Shown: positions 40,705-56,000 of the stretch, piece after piece
How positions within the stretch are numbered: the stretch's first letter is position 1
Layout of the letters: every line of letters starts with the position of its first letter
NCBI RefSeq assembly: GCF_963676685.1
Contig: NC_092347.1
Coordinates: forward strand, 6,262,001 to 6,326,000
DNA length: 64,000 nt
Direction: 5' to 3'
Source: Mytilus edulis
Lineage: Eukaryota
The notes under the pieces: model-generated
What the model was told of the DNA's origin: nothing
What the model saw: only the letters and a program-made list of their open reading frames with translations
Database searches by the model: none
Program-made: the position numbers and the translations under genes

Positions 40705-41286
40705 GGTTCATGTGGACCCTATGGCTAAAATGGCCGTATTTTCACCTCAAAATTTACTCTGAGTACAGGCAAACCTGTGCATCTGGAAAAGTTTTAAGGC
40801 ATAGCATGCCCTAGATAAATAGAATTCAAATGCATTTTATGATTTAGAAATTTCATAACTGAACTGGATTTTGCCGTACACTTTTTTTCGTCCCTGCAGA
40901 AGATGAATAAATTAACAAACAGTTGAGTTTACCTTGATATGGTCCACTCAGGTACACAGTTTAAATACCCAATTATTGTCAGGTATCTATTGTCCATCTA
41001 TTGTCCATGTCATTTAATACAGCTCACTTCAATTATTACCTGTGGGGAAGTTCTCAAACATGTTTCCCAACTTACTTTATTTTGGCACCTTCTGGAGGAA
41101 TGAAAAAAAGTGCACGGCAAAATCCTGGTAAGTTTTTATTTTTCTTAAACATAAAACATGCTTGAAATTTATTTATCTAGGGCATGCTATGCCTGAAATT
41201 TTTTATAGATGCGCAGGTTTGTCTGTACTCAGAGTAAATTTTGAGGTGAAAATACAGCCATTTTAGCCATTGGGTCCACATGAACC
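40705..41286. mobile_element. Fold-back MITE with long (~180-bp) TIRs and TTAA TSD (Kolobok-like)
   Basis: ttaa|ggttcatgtggaccc ... gggtccacatgaacc|ttaa; arms stay complementary through ttttgccgt/acggcaaaa. Confidence 0.85.
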
Positions 41287-41620
41287 TTAAAGAAGATAAA
41301 GGGTTTTTGTCAATGAGCCTGCAACCCAAGAACACTACAAAGCAAAGAAGACACCAACAATCTGCCAGTTAATTTTCTAATACCATCTTAAAAATTTAAA
41401 TATTTTATGAATCCTGCTTTGAACTAGTGAAACAAATACTGTATTTTAGTTTAAAAATCGTGGTTATCATCATATTAGCAATCAAACCAAATCTACAATT
41501 TTCTATGAAGTAGGGCACCTGCTGTTTTATTGTTGTACCAACAGATTTGTACTTTAGACAATTTGCAATTATTTTGAGTCCAAAAATGCAATAAAAGGAC
41601 CTTTAGAAATATAATCCAGA

Positions 41621-44600
41621 AACTAGAGGCTCTCAAGAGCCAGTGTTGCTCACCTTGGTCTATGTGCATATTAAACAATGGACACAGATAAATTCATGAC
41701 AAAATTGTGTTTTGGTGATCATGATGTGTTTGTAGATCTTACTTTACTGGACATTCTTCTTGCTACAATTATCTCTATCTATAATGAACTTGGCCCAGTA
41801 ATTACAGTGGAAAATATATTCTAAAAATTTACAAAAATTTATTGAAATTGTTAAAAAATGACTATAAAGGGCAATAACTCCTTAAGGAATAAACTGACAA
41901 TTTTGGTCGGTCATGTTGACTTAATTGTAGATCTTACTTTGCTGAACATTATTGCTGTTTACAGTTTATCTCTATCTATTATAATATTCAAGATAATAAC
42001 CAAAAACTGCAAAATTTCCTTAAAATTACTAATTCTGGGGCAGCAACCCAACAACAGGTTGTCTGTTTTGTCTGAAAATTTCAGGACAGATAGATCTTGA
42101 CCTAATAGATTATTTTATCCCATGTCAAAGGAGTATGTTCAGTAAGGTCCTAAAATGGCCCCCTTTTTTAGCGTAAATTTCAAATTCGGATTTATTGACC
42201 AATATCACAATAAATTAAAACTAATATAGTGACTAGATAGGAAATAAGCTATTTTGTTGAAAACTTTACGTTTCTACGTTACATTATGACGTCACAAGTT
42301 GCACTCATATTGATTTTCACGAAAAAATCAATGAAAATAGGTAAATTTCAATAGATTATTGGACAGGAAACATAGAGCGCATACGTCGACAACAAAGATC
42401 TTTTAAAATAATGTTTGTGAAGACATTTCACATGTCTTATTTGAATATTAAGTTTGTCGACACCTGCGCTCTATGTTTCCTGGTCCTTAATTTGGTTGAA
42501 ATCGTGTTCATTTTGTCAAATTTCACCAATATCCCTTTTCTTGACCTTTTTCGGATGTAAAAATCAACGTCTTAGACTTAAACTTTGAAAAACACAGTTC
42601 TGTTTAACTTTCTCACATGTATTTAATGCAACTTAAAACCTTTATTGGCTTGTAACTATGAACTTTATAATTGGGGCCAAATATGGCACTTACCGAACTT
42701 AGTCCTTTGCTATAAATACTTTGGTTTTAGAGTTATAAGCAAAAATCTACATTTTACCCCTATATTCTATTTTTAGCCATGCGTCTATCTTGGTTAGTTG
42801 GCAGGGTCACGCCACACATTTTTAAAACTAGATACCCAAATGATGATAATGGCCAAGTTTGGTTAAAATTGGCCCAGAAGTTTCAGAGGAGATTTTTTTA
42901 AAAGAATACTAAAATTTTAGAACTAGAGGCTCTAAAGAGCCTGTGTCGCTTACCTTGGTATATGTGAATATTAAACAAAGGACGCAGATAGATTCATGAA
43001 AAATTGTGTTTTGGTGATGGTGAAGTGTTTGTACATCTTACTTTACTGAACATTCTTGCTGCTTACAATTATCTTTATCTATAATGAACTTGGCCAAGTA
43101 GTTTCAGTGGAAAATGTTAGTAAAAATTTACAAATTTTATGAAAATTTTAAAAAATTGACTATAAAGGACAATAACTCCTTAGGGGGTCAATTGACCATT
43201 TCAGTCACGTTGACTTATTTGTAAATCTTACTTTTCTGAACATTATTGCTGTTTACAGATTATCTCTATCTATAATAGTATTCAAGATAATAACAAAAAA
43301 CAGCAAAATTTCCTTAAAATTACCAATTCAGGGGCAGCAACCTAACAACCAGTTGTCCAATTCATCTGAAAATTTTAGAGCAGATAGATCTGGACTTGAT
43401 AAACAATTTTTTCTATTGTCAGATTTGCTCTTAATGCTTTGGTTTTTGAGTTATAAACCAAAAACTGCATTTTACCCCTATGCTCTATTTTTAGCCATGG
43501 CGGCCATCTTGGTTGGACAGCCGGGTCACCGGACACATTTTTTAAACTAGATACCCCAAAGATGATTGTGGCCAAGTTTGGATTAATTTGGCCCAGTAGT
43601 TTCAGAGGAGAGGATTTTTGTAAAAGATTACTAAGATTTACGAAAAATGGTTAAAAATTGACTATAAAGGACAATAACTCCTAAAGGGGTCAACTGACCA
43701 TTTTGGACCTGTTGACTTATTTGTAAATCTTACTTTGCTAAACATTTTTTCTATATACAGTTTATCTCTATCTATAATAATATTCAAGAAAATAACCAAA
43801 AATAGCAAAAATTTCCTTAAAATTACCAATTCAGGGGCAGCAACCTAACAAAGGGTTGTCCGATTCATCTGAAAATTGCAGGGCAGATAGATCTTGACCT
43901 GATTAACAATTTTACCTTGTCAGATTTGCTCTAAATGCTTTTGTTTTTGAGTTATAAGCCAAAAACTGCATTTTACCCCTATGTTCTATTTTTAGCCATG
44001 GCGGCCATCTTGGTTTGTTGTGCGGGTCACCGGACACAATTTTTAAACTAAATACCCTAATTATGATTTTGGCCATATTTGGTTAAATTTGGCCCAGTAG
44101 TTTCAGAGGAGAAGATTTTTGTAAAAGATAACTAAGATTTACGAAAAATGGTTAAAAATTGACTATAAAGGGCAATAACTCCTAAAGGGGTCAACTGACC
44201 ATTTTGGACCTGTTGACTTATTTGTAAATCTTACTTTGTTTAACATTTTTTCTATTTACAGTTAATCTCTATCTATAATAATATTCAAGATAATAACCAA
44301 AAACAGCAAAAATTTTCTTAAAATTACCAATTCAGGGGCAGCAACCTAACAACGGGTTGTCCGATTCATCTGAAAATTTCAGGGCAGTTAGATTTTGACC
44401 TGATAAACAATTTTACCCCGTCAGATTTGCTCTAAATGCTTTGGTTTTTGAGTTATAAGCCAAAAACTGCATTTTACCCCCATGTTCTATTTTTAGCCAT
44501 GGCGGCCATCTTGGTTGGTTGGCGGGGTCACCGAACACAATTTTTAAACTAGATACCCCAATGATGATTGTAACCAAGTTTGGTTGAAATTAGCCCAGTA

Positions 44601-45728
44601 GTTTCAGAGGAGATTTTTGTAAAAGTTAACGACGGACGACGACGACGACGGACGCCGGACGCCAAGTGATGAGAAAAGCTCACTTGGCCCTTCGGGCCAG
44701 GTGAGCTAAAAATGGTTTAAAATTGACTATAAAGGGCAATAACTCCTTAATGGGTTAACTGACAATTCTGGTCATGTTGACTTATTTGTAGATCTTACTT
44801 TGCTGAACATTATTGCTGTTTACAGTTTATCTCTATCTATAATAATATTCAAGAAAATAACCAAAAACAGCAAAATTTCCTTAAAAAAATTACCAATTTA
44901 GGGGCAGATAGATCTTGACCTGATTAACAATTTTACCCCCATATCAGATTTGCTCTAAATGCTTTGGTTTTTGAGTTATAAGCCAAAAACTGCATTTGAC
45001 CCCTATGTTCTATTTTTAGCCATGGCGGCCATCTTGGTTGGTTTGGAGGGTCACTGGACACAATTTTTAAACTAAATACCCCAATGATGATTGTGGCCAA
45101 GTTTGGTTAAATTTGGCCCAGTAGTTTCAGAGAAGATTTTCGTAAAAGAATACTAAAATTTACGAAAAATGGTTAAAAATTGACTATAAGGGCAATAACT
45201 CTTAAAGGGGTTAACTGACCATTTCGGTCATGTTGACTTATTTGTAAATCTTACGCTGCTGAACATTATTGCTGTTTACAGTTTATCTCTATCTATAATA
45301 ATATTCAAGAAAGTAACCAAAAACAGTAAAATTTCCTTAAAATTACCAATTAAGGGGCAGCAACCCAACAACGTGTTGTCCAATGCATCTGAAAATTTCA
45401 GGGCAAATAGATCTTGACCTAATAAACAATTTTAACCATGCCAGATTTGCTCTAAATGCTTTGGTTTTTGAGTTATAAGCCAAAAACTGCATTTGACCCC
45501 TATGTTCTATTTTTAGCCATGGCAGCCATCTTGGTTGGTTTGGCAGGTCACCGGACACAATTTATAAACTAGATACCCCAATGATGATTGTGGCCAAGTT
45601 TGGTTAAATTTGGCCCAGTAGTTTCAGAGAAGAAGATTTTTGTAAAAGTTAACGACGACGGACGACGACGACGGACGCCAAGTGTTGAGAAAAGCTCACT
45701 TGGCCCTTTGGGCCAGGTGAGCTAAAAA
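41621..45728 (-). mobile_element. Two nested HINE/Helentron-type elements of one family with ~500-bp internal tandem repeats (inner copy 42921-44710)
   Basis: aactagaggctct..aagagcc at 41621 and 42921. (gacg)n microsatellite and agctcacttggcccttYgggccaggtgagct hairpin at ~44630-44706 and ~45652-45724. Unit marker tgactataaagg at 41859, 43157, 43659, 44160, 44724 and 45181. Confidence 0.85.
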
Positions 45729-47059
45729 AAGGAAATGACAACATACTATATATTGGCAAAGATCAACTACACTAAAGCTAACATGACTATGTTAATTTGA
45801 CAATTCTGTTTAAGCGCTAAAAAAGAATTGATGTAGTCACTTCAAATCAATTATTTCTATCAAAGTTGTAAACAAAATTCTGTAGGTAACCTTCGACTCA
45901 ATTTAACCACACATTTCATTTAACATATGTCCATTGTCACCAATAGCTATAAAATGAAATTGTAATTGATTTTTTATCAAAGTCCATAAAGCGTGACAAG
46001 TTCACTGTGAAATCACAGTATTTATATCTGAATAAGGAAAAATCTGAAGTATAAACCCGAAAATTGACGAAATACAAGAACAAGACAACTAAATTTCTTT
46101 CCTAAAAGTCTTTCACCAATAATGAATATTAATCCCCATAATTTTTATTTTTTTTGCAAAATGCAAAAATGGCAACAACCAGCGAAAACCCAAACAAAGA
46201 GTTTAACTTGATACTGGAATTGCAGAAAAATCATAAAAGATAATTATTTAGCCTGCTTTTTCTTAACCAAATTACAGAAAGTTTAGAAATTATTGCATTC
46301 CTTTATTATTGCAGATGAACCTGTAAGCCTAAACATAGCAGCACAAAACAAACATCAAATTATTTCCATGGGTTCAGTTGGAACATATGTGTGGGCAAAA
46401 GTAGCCTTACACAACTTACAAAATCAGCCATATTGAATCTTTGAAACTTTATTCTCATTAAGTTGATAAAATGACATGTAGCTTCAGACAAATCAATCAA
46501 CATTTATCACATAAGAGGTTTAGAAAGAGAACTTAATATACTAAATCAATAGAATAGACCTATCTTTACAATACTGTAAAGACAAATCAAATTGTACCTT
46601 CATAAACATATAATTATTACTTTAACAAAAGGCATAACTTAAAAAAACACATTCAATTTATTAACATTACATGTATATATTTCATTTGATAAAATACAAC
46701 TTTTTAAAATTCCCACAGAAAATAAAAAGAATTGATTTTTACAAATAAATTATCAAGATAAATTCATTTTATACTGTTCTAAATTGTTTGAAATATTCTG
46801 TTGTTCAATGTGTTGTAAAAAAAAAACCTGAATTGTTGACTGATGATTTCAAAATGATATCAGATACAAATACAATGAATCATTCCTCCATTCATGACAT
46901 TCCTTCATAGTTCAAGGTCACTGGTACATACAAATGTTTGTTTGATTATTGACATCCCTGTCTTTGCAGTACATGCTGGTTTGTACAAACAAAATAACAG
47001 ATACGACAAAATAAGTAATGACGGACAATATGAGATGTTGTTTAGAAAGTCCCCATATG

Positions 47060-50000
47060 TTATCTTGCTGAGTCTTGTTCTGTAGAGGTATACCGCTGAC
47101 GTTTTCTTTGATTCTGTCCCTGAAAAAAATAGAAAAACAGTTCTATTAAATGTGGCTTATGATATTTTACATGTGCCATACTAAAATAATTGTCTAATCC
47201 TAGATCAATGAGGGGCAGCAGAAAAATAGTAGTTGTTAATTCTGCATTGTCAATCAACATTATTCTTTAACACTGACAGCATGAATAGCAGGCTTGCAAG
47301 ACAAAGAGTTCATGGGCACATTAATTTTTTTCTAAATTTAAGGTGGTATCTAACACTACAGGGAGATAACTCTGTAAAATCAGCTAAATGTTTTAAGCTT
47401 CTCAATGATCTGTATGTCAAACTGCTATATATATCCAATGAAATTTTTCAGTGAAAGTGATTTGTTCAAGTTTGTTGAAATTTTTATATTTTTTACAAAG
47501 GGTCAAGGTAAATATTTTGTCAAAATTTTATGAAAATTAAACAAGCCAAATTAGTTTTAGTCAAGGTGTTGGGTACCACCTTAATATTATTAATAAATTT
47601 TTATAAACTTGACAGTTTGAAAAATAACTTAAAAAATGACCAAAACATGTGAAAAATTCCTGATCTTTGATGATATCTACAGAACTTTCAACATACCTGG
47701 TAAAATCCTGTGTGATAGCCACTCATATACCAAGACATCAGCATACTACATAAGGCTTCATTATCACAGTTCATTAACTCAACATACCTGGTAAAATCCT
47801 GTGTGATAGCCACTCATATACCAAGACATCAGCATACTACATAAGGCTTCATTATCACTGTTCATTAACTCAACATACCTGGTAAAATCCTGTGTGATAG
47901 CCATTCATATACCAAGACATCAGCATACTACATAAGGCTTCATTATCACTATTCATTAACTCAACATACCTGGTAAAATCCTATGTGATAGCCACTCATA
48001 TACCAAGACATCAGCATACTACATAAGGCTTCATTATCACTGTTCATTAACTCAACATACCTGGTAAAATCCTGTGTGATAGCCACTCATATACCAAGAC
48101 ATCAGCATACTACATAAGGCTTCATTATCACCGTTCATTAACTCATCATTGATTGGTGGTGGTGGTGGAGGCACAAATGGGAGGCCCTGAAAAATAAGTA
48201 ATAAAACAATTATATACAGATGTAGCTTCAATCTTTTACAATAACTATGATACAGTTTTAGGAACCATGCTTACCCGTGTGACATTATAAGTTCTAATAG
48301 TGTGTGGTTGCACCATTGTTCCTGTACTCCTTGATAAGGGGAGGGTTGTGTGCTCACAACTATGCTAAAACCCACCAAGCCAGGAGCCTGTTATTCAGTA
48401 ATTGTCATTGGTTTTTCCTTGATTGTTTTGCCTCTTATAGCTGACTAAATATGGTATGGGTTTTGCACATTATTGGAGGCATAACAGTAACTTCGTGTTG
48501 CCTCAAAGTCTGTACCAAGTCAGGAAATTGAGAGTTGTTTTTTTCACTTGTAAGTTGATAACATTTGATTTCCTCAGTTTTTGTATACGGACTTCAAGTT
48601 TTTATGTATTACAATTTATATGTAAACGCAAATATCAAATGCCTTTCATACTTGTGAATAATTTTCATTCAGTCCTTTTAATTGTAACAACTGTTTTATC
48701 AAATCATTGCTTTGTTTTATTATGAAAGAGATTTTGTACACTTTCAAAGGTGTTATTCAATTAATAGTATAAAAGGGAGATAATTACAAAATCAACGATG
48801 TAAAATATGACAAACGACAAAGGTTATCTCCCACTATATAGCATGTATTTCATTCATTTAGAAAAAAACTCTTAGATTTTCTTTTACAATAACTGATTAA
48901 ATAATATTTTTTTCAGGGGCCCAGTTGAAATCTTCGGGCCCAACCAATTTTTAAATTAACAAGATAAAACTTAAATATACTTTTCATATACCAATTAAGC
49001 CTTTTTATGTAATGCTATATGTAATGTTTGAGTCTGGAAAAGATAATGTATGATTACTTCATAATATTTGAATTATTGCCACCAGAAATATATCATAAGA
49101 TTTGAGTCAATGACTGTACTGATTTTTGAAGATTTCCCGCCAAAATTGTCTCCCTTCAATTAGAACTTCCTGTTGACAATAGGGCTGTTTCCATAAAGAA
49201 TTAGATGATATTTCAAATCCAAGCCATCCTCTAATAAGTGTTGATCAAAAATATTATTCAATTACTTTTCATTGAAGATTGGTTCCCATACTAGATATTA
49301 TGATATTTATTTATGAGATTTTACCTCTCGTTTTTTTATTGAAGAACAAGTTTTGTTTGCAAGTTTTTGTCATAAATGCACTTGTAATAACTCCCCAAAC
49401 AACTGGGATTTATTTTTGAAGCAATTCAGATTCAAAAGCGTAATGAAAACACTTTAAAATGATAAATTAATCGTAGAAACTTTCAAAAAGAACGTTTAGA
49501 GAAGGTGATTACATGTGTCAAATCCTGATTTCGCATCAAAAACTTAGTTGTACGACTGGATTTTGGTTTTTAAATTAATGACCTAACTGGTTACCGGAAA
49601 TCTGCCTTTCTATTTTCCCTCTTTCATTAGACTATCAGATTTCCATTTGGGAACAGTTTTTATACGCCCGTTTTTTAGCGGGGGAAAGGATAGACATGGG
49701 ATTAAATGCAAAATATTATTTGTCGCCAGCTGGGCGATCAGGATGATAAATATATTCGCCCAGCTGAAAATCTGGTCGCATTGGGCAACTGGCCGACCGT
49801 TAAGTTCAGTCCCTGCACAGTATTTTCTGGAACAGCCCAAAGCAGCTATATCAACTATACTATTGTGATAAGGCTGTTAGTTTTCACTTTTGAATTGTTT
49901 TAAATTGTCATATCGGGGCCTTTTATAGCTGACTATGCGGTATGAGATTTGATCATTGTTGAAGGCTGTACAGTGACATATAGTTGTTAATGTCTGTATC

Positions 50001-53000
50001 ATTTTGGTCTCTTGTGGACAGTTGTCTCATTGGCAATCATACCATACTTCTTTTTTTTTTATAGCTACTGAATCATTATCTGCTTACCCCTGATGGTGGT
50101 CCCATAAATCCTTGGGGGAAAGATGGAAATGAAGGAAACTGTGGCTGTGAAAAAACAAACATTCATTTATTGTAATTTCTATAAAAAAATATTGACATGA
50201 ATAATATATAGGGTTTTTGCATAAATGTTTGGTAAATATATGTCTTAAAGGCATTGTCAACTTAAGTGACCTGTGGTTTTTAATATTTTACTTCCTCAAG
50301 TGAAGAAGGTCATGGGTTTAAATAGATAGATCACCTGATCAAACTAAAATTTAAATAAAAATAATAATTTCTGCTTCAGACCGCATTTTGAGGTATTCCA
50401 GAGTAAACTGATTTAATCTGAAATCACAATAAAGTGTCTGTGTCCTGACATTTGAGTTTTTAGTTAAAAATAAACATTGTGTGTATCAGTCTTGTACAAA
50501 TCTTAGTGTGCTAAATATTGACTAAATCAATGCTACTTGAGGTTAATGTTGATGTCATTGCCATTATCATCATCTTCTTGAATTGCACATGACATGATTT
50601 TCATTAACATTTGTGTTTTTCTATTGATTAAAACATGCACATTATTTACCATTGAAACACCAGGAAATGGAGGCATAAATGGCATTCCTGGCATAAATGG
50701 AGGATTAGTACTACTACTGGCTGAATGTTTCTTCTTTCTATCAGGTGCTGGACTCTGCCTTGCACTCCAATCCATACTATCTGACTGTACAAATATAAAT
50801 CATGCATTTATAAAATAAATTTAAGTAGACAGTTTAAACATATATTTAAATACTTATCAATAGTGAGTTATCAACAGTATATGTATATTTAAATTTGAGA
50901 TAACAGTTTATGATAATTTTTAATTTAAGTAGACAAAGTTTTAACCTTTATCTGAATGGTAGCTTTTTAAACTTGTTATATCATATTACAATATAAGGCT
51001 TTTTTATACGAATTTAATTTAAAAGTAGATATTTGTATTTACTTCTGACTTCTGTCTTTGTTTCTGTTTTCTGGTTGGCTGGAGTAGTTCTGTAAATTCT
51101 TTCTCTTCCTCATTACCATATCCTCTGTATCGTATGATACATGTCTCTGCTTCCTCGTCTATGTCTATAATCTCAGCATCATATGTCAGGTCATCTTCTG
51201 TAAACACAGCTCTACACTGATCACCTACTTTCCAAGGACACTAAAAATAAGGTAACATATTCAGGTATCAAACAATTACTGTATTTATGTAAGTTTAGAA
51301 ATTATTGCGTGCTTTAGTATTGCGATAACTAAAGAATAGACAAAAATGCAAGATTAAGTAATGCTATTTCAAGAAAATCTGTATACAGTTGTGAGGGCCC
51401 TCATGGGGTTTTTGATTATGTGATTACTTGGCCGTTTTTTTAATGATTATTTGATTATTAAGCCAAATATTTCATGATTATTTGATTACCTAGGACTGTA
51501 TTTTTAGTTTATGATTATTTGATTACTAAAGATAAGCAAATATTTAATGATTATGTGATTATATTGGCCAAAAAATGGTGATTATGTGATTACTAGGACC
51601 CCCCATGAGGGGCCTCAGTTGTATATCAGTATGTATCAAATATCAGAATGCGAGTTCATTTTATCCCTATACTCACTAATAATTGCATTATTCACAATAA
51701 CAAAAAACTCACAATAATTTCTACACTTACAGTAATCTATATATTCTGTAACTCTAATTTTGGCCAGTAATTTATTTTCACAACTTCTGCAAATTGGAAA
51801 ATAATGTGAATATTTATCAGCACAATTACCTAAAACTTGGACCTTCCCTCATCTGAAAACTTTTAAGTTAGTTTGAAAATCACAAAATTATATTGCAGCA
51901 AACTAAGATAGACATGATAGAAAGGGCTAAATGTGATATAAAGTACCCGTAAAAATAAGTACTTTTTTTTACTGTATATATAAGACACCTTTTTTTTCTG
52001 ATTTTTTTTCTCTGAAAATGTATAACTTGAAATCAAATATAATGTACAGTAAAGATATCTTATATAATAAAGGGATGCACATTTTTCTGGATTGGCATAC
52101 CATCAAAAAATAAATACTCTGGGCTATTTCAGAAAAAAAAACCAAAATGGGGTGTAGGTTTGAAAGGCACTTTATTGTTTACTTGGTGACCTCTTACAAG
52201 CCATACAAAGATAATTAAAGGGCCTTCCAACCCCCACCCATATATCTGATAGTTTAGTTTATTTCAAACCAAAAGCAATACAGCTTATAGGTATATCATA
52301 AATGTGTACATGTATAACATAACAGAACATTTTAAATACAATAGGAGGCAAGACTACATAGTATAAATCATTCAGAAGATTGTCATGAAAATTTTATATC
52401 TGTGGCGTATTTCAGATATTTTCCTAAATTAGATAATTCCGAAACATTCTTTGTTGACAATAATTGAACTAATTTAAAAACAGATGCATTTGTATAATAA
52501 TACCTTTTTATATACATTTTTCTAATATTGTCATATTTTGGACATTTTAAAATAAAATGAAACTCATCCTCGATGTCACCCTGGTTACATAAGATACATA
52601 ATCTTTAATTTTTTGCTTTTTTAATGAATCTACCATATTCAATATTCAATTTGTGTGAACACAGTCTATACTTTGTTAAAAATCTAATACATTGTGGACT
52701 TAAATTTTTTGTCAAATAAAACTGCAATTGAACATTATCCACAAGGTGTTTATAGATAGTACATTTTGATGATGAATCGAAAAACATATTTCTTTCTTGA
52801 AGAAAATGGTCAATAAGCCTTTGTTTGAATAAAATAATAAATGCTTCTTCGCATACAACATTCTGTGCATACCACACATGTCCAAAACCTAGGCTAAGTA
52901 ACATACATTTAACATTATTAACCCATGATGACTTATTTCCTGATTCACACTCATCATACATATCATTATATATAGCATTAAGAATACAATTTCTCGTCCG

Positions 53001-56000
53001 TAATAGACGAATCCAATATTTTAATATTTTTACTTTCCGAGATATCAATAAAGGAAATCTTCCCAACTCAGAATAAACCATTGCAGTAGCAGTGGATTTT
53101 TTAACAGTCAAAATATTTTTACAAAATTCTATATGAAGTTTTTCTATATCAGATGCATTATGAAAACCCCATATTTCACTTCCATATAATAAAACAGGTG
53201 ATACATAGACATCAAATAAATACAATTTTGTTTGTACATTTAAACACATATGTTTTATTTTACCATACAACATTGATAAACATTTTCTGCCTTTGGCAGC
53301 AATATTTAACTGAGTTTGATTAAACTTTGCATTGTAATATAACATAACACCCAGATACAAATAATGATCAGCAACTTCAATAATTTCGCCATTATAAAAC
53401 CATTTTTCATCGCTTCGTAATTTACCACCGTTTCTGAAAACAACCACCTTAGTTTTGCTTGTGTTTACAATAAGTTTCCACTTTTTACAATAATTATGTA
53501 GTGAATTCAACATATTTTGCAACCCATCAATAGTTTCGGAAAATATAACAGTGTCATCTGCATACATCAATAAAAACAACGAAAGTTCTTTTATGTCTAC
53601 TGGTAGACATAAGCTATTAATAAACTCATTTTCAAAATCATTTAAAAACATTGAAAATAGTATAGGTGATAATGGTTCCCCTTGCAATACTCCTTTTTCT
53701 ACAGAAAATATGTCAGAAAATTCACCTTTAAATTTTACACAGCTCATAGAATTATCATATAAAGACTTAATAATTGAAAAAAGTTTACCACTAATACCAC
53801 ATTTTGCAAGCTTATAATATAAAAAAGCACTTTTATAATCTATAAAACAACGATAAAGTTTTTTCTTCAATCCCAAATATTTAGTAATAATTGATTGTAA
53901 GGCAAAAATAGCATCAGTTGTGCCATGACCGGGTCGAAACCCAAACTGAGCATCAGTTAAAATGTCATTTTCGTTAGCCCACAATGTAAGCCTTTCATTA
54001 ATAATAGTAGTAAAAAGTTTGCAGAAACAACTGCTCAGTGTTATACCTCTATAATTATCAGTAACATTTACATTATTTTTTTTATGCACAGGAATAAGTA
54101 TTCCTTTACACCACTGTTTCGGCATATATCCAGTTTCAAAAATTACATTAAACAATTGCACAATAAAAGGTACGAGAATGTCTTTAAAATGTATAAAATA
54201 CTCATTTAACAAATTGTCAGCACCTGGCGATTTGTTACATTTTAACTTCAACAAAATTTTACATACTTCTTCTTGAGTAATAGACGCATCAAAGTTCGTT
54301 ATACACACATTTTTGGTTATCAGCTTCAACATCATCGGTTATATTAGAAGTGGTTTCAGCAGTTAGGTTTTTGAAATGATTATAAAAATCTGACGACTTT
54401 AAATTACAATTAGTGTTCTTCTTTCCTTTTTTAAATACATCAAAAAACTGTTTCGGATTATGTTTTCGCCAATAGTCAATTTGGTTTCCTTCATATCTCA
54501 AGTAGTTTCGTTTAACGCGATTTTCATACGATTTGTAGTTCTTTTTTGACTCAATTAGAATTTGGCGATTCAAATTATTTCTGTTCCTATTGAAACGCCT
54601 AATATTACAATGATATATATAATACAGTTCTTTGCATCTATCGTCGAACCATGGTTTATTTGGCAGTGAGTTTTTATTGCTTTTAATGTTCGTAGCATTC
54701 CTTTTAATACAATAACGTTTTTCACAAAATGGTTTGAAGACAGTATTCAATGTTTCAGTATGTTTTATAACAGTATTCTCAATACTTTGTTCTGTACACA
54801 CCATTTGCTCAACGTTACTGCTCATTGTGTCCATATGACTAATCAAACTAGTTTTCATTTCCGTAATTTTGTCCGGATCCCATCTGTATGTGCTGTGAAA
54901 AATATTATCATCACTTAAATTGAATGTTTTTATACCAGTATCGGCTATTTCAAGCGTTAAAATAGCGATAGAATGTTATCTTTTGAAAGTCTAAATGATG
55001 GTCCAATATACAGATAGATAAAAAAAAATCTTTTTTTGTATTTAGAAATTTCAAGGGCCCAAAAAAAGACCTTGTCAAGTCTTCTGCTTTATTCATCAAC
55101 TACAACCATAAAGTATGCCAATTTTCAAAATACCTTTTTCTTGTTTTTATGTTTCTTTTTCCTCTTCCTTTTCCTTTTCTTATTTATATCTTGTTTGTTT
55201 GATGTCTGTGATTCGTTATCATTAATAACAGAACCATTTACTTTGGCCTGTAAAGAAAACATTTTAATAAATGGAATACATTAAATAACAGATCAACAAA
55301 AAATTATATCCCTATTTCTATAATGAAATTTAAGTAATCCTTCAACCACTAAAGTTCAACAGTACAAATGGCCTCTAAAATCACTTATAAAAACAAACGT
55401 TCAATCAAGGTTTACTTTCATCATTATTATAGTGTTTAACTATGAAATTAGAAATATAGAGTGTGTCACATTGTGTTATTATGCTATGGTAAATTTTTGT
55501 AATCTTGTCTTTCTTGTTCAGTCAGGGTATTTACTTAAACAAGTGATTTTCTAAATCACTGATTCAAGTAACATTATTTCCATAAAGGTTGGAAGTTAGA
55601 GTTGTCTTTCTTTAATAATCACCTATTTAAGTAGTACAAATTAATCACTAGACGAAGTGATTTAATATTAGTGTAGCTTTAAATATAGAATACTAATGAT
55701 CCAGGGACTAATTATGTTTCTAAACTTATCAGAACCAACATCTGTGTTGTCTGGGATGACCAGGTCATTTCAGACAACATCTGTGTTGTCTGGGATGACC
55801 AGGTCATTTCAGGTGATGACCTTGTACTGAATCTAGGATAATGACATAAAAATCACTTGTATAAATATCAGACCTCAATTTCCTTCCCAAAAATTACTTT
55901 TTTAAGTATCATTCTTTTAATAACCCCCACTAATTTCAACACCCCCAAACAGTGAAATTTTTATCGCGAACAGTAGAATTTTATTACATAATCTGAAAGA

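Noticed and set aside
47697-48060. SMN with multiple in-frame YG boxes
   Set aside because: The unit is 91 nt, the first read-through codons are GTA TGT TGA, and there are no acceptors between units.
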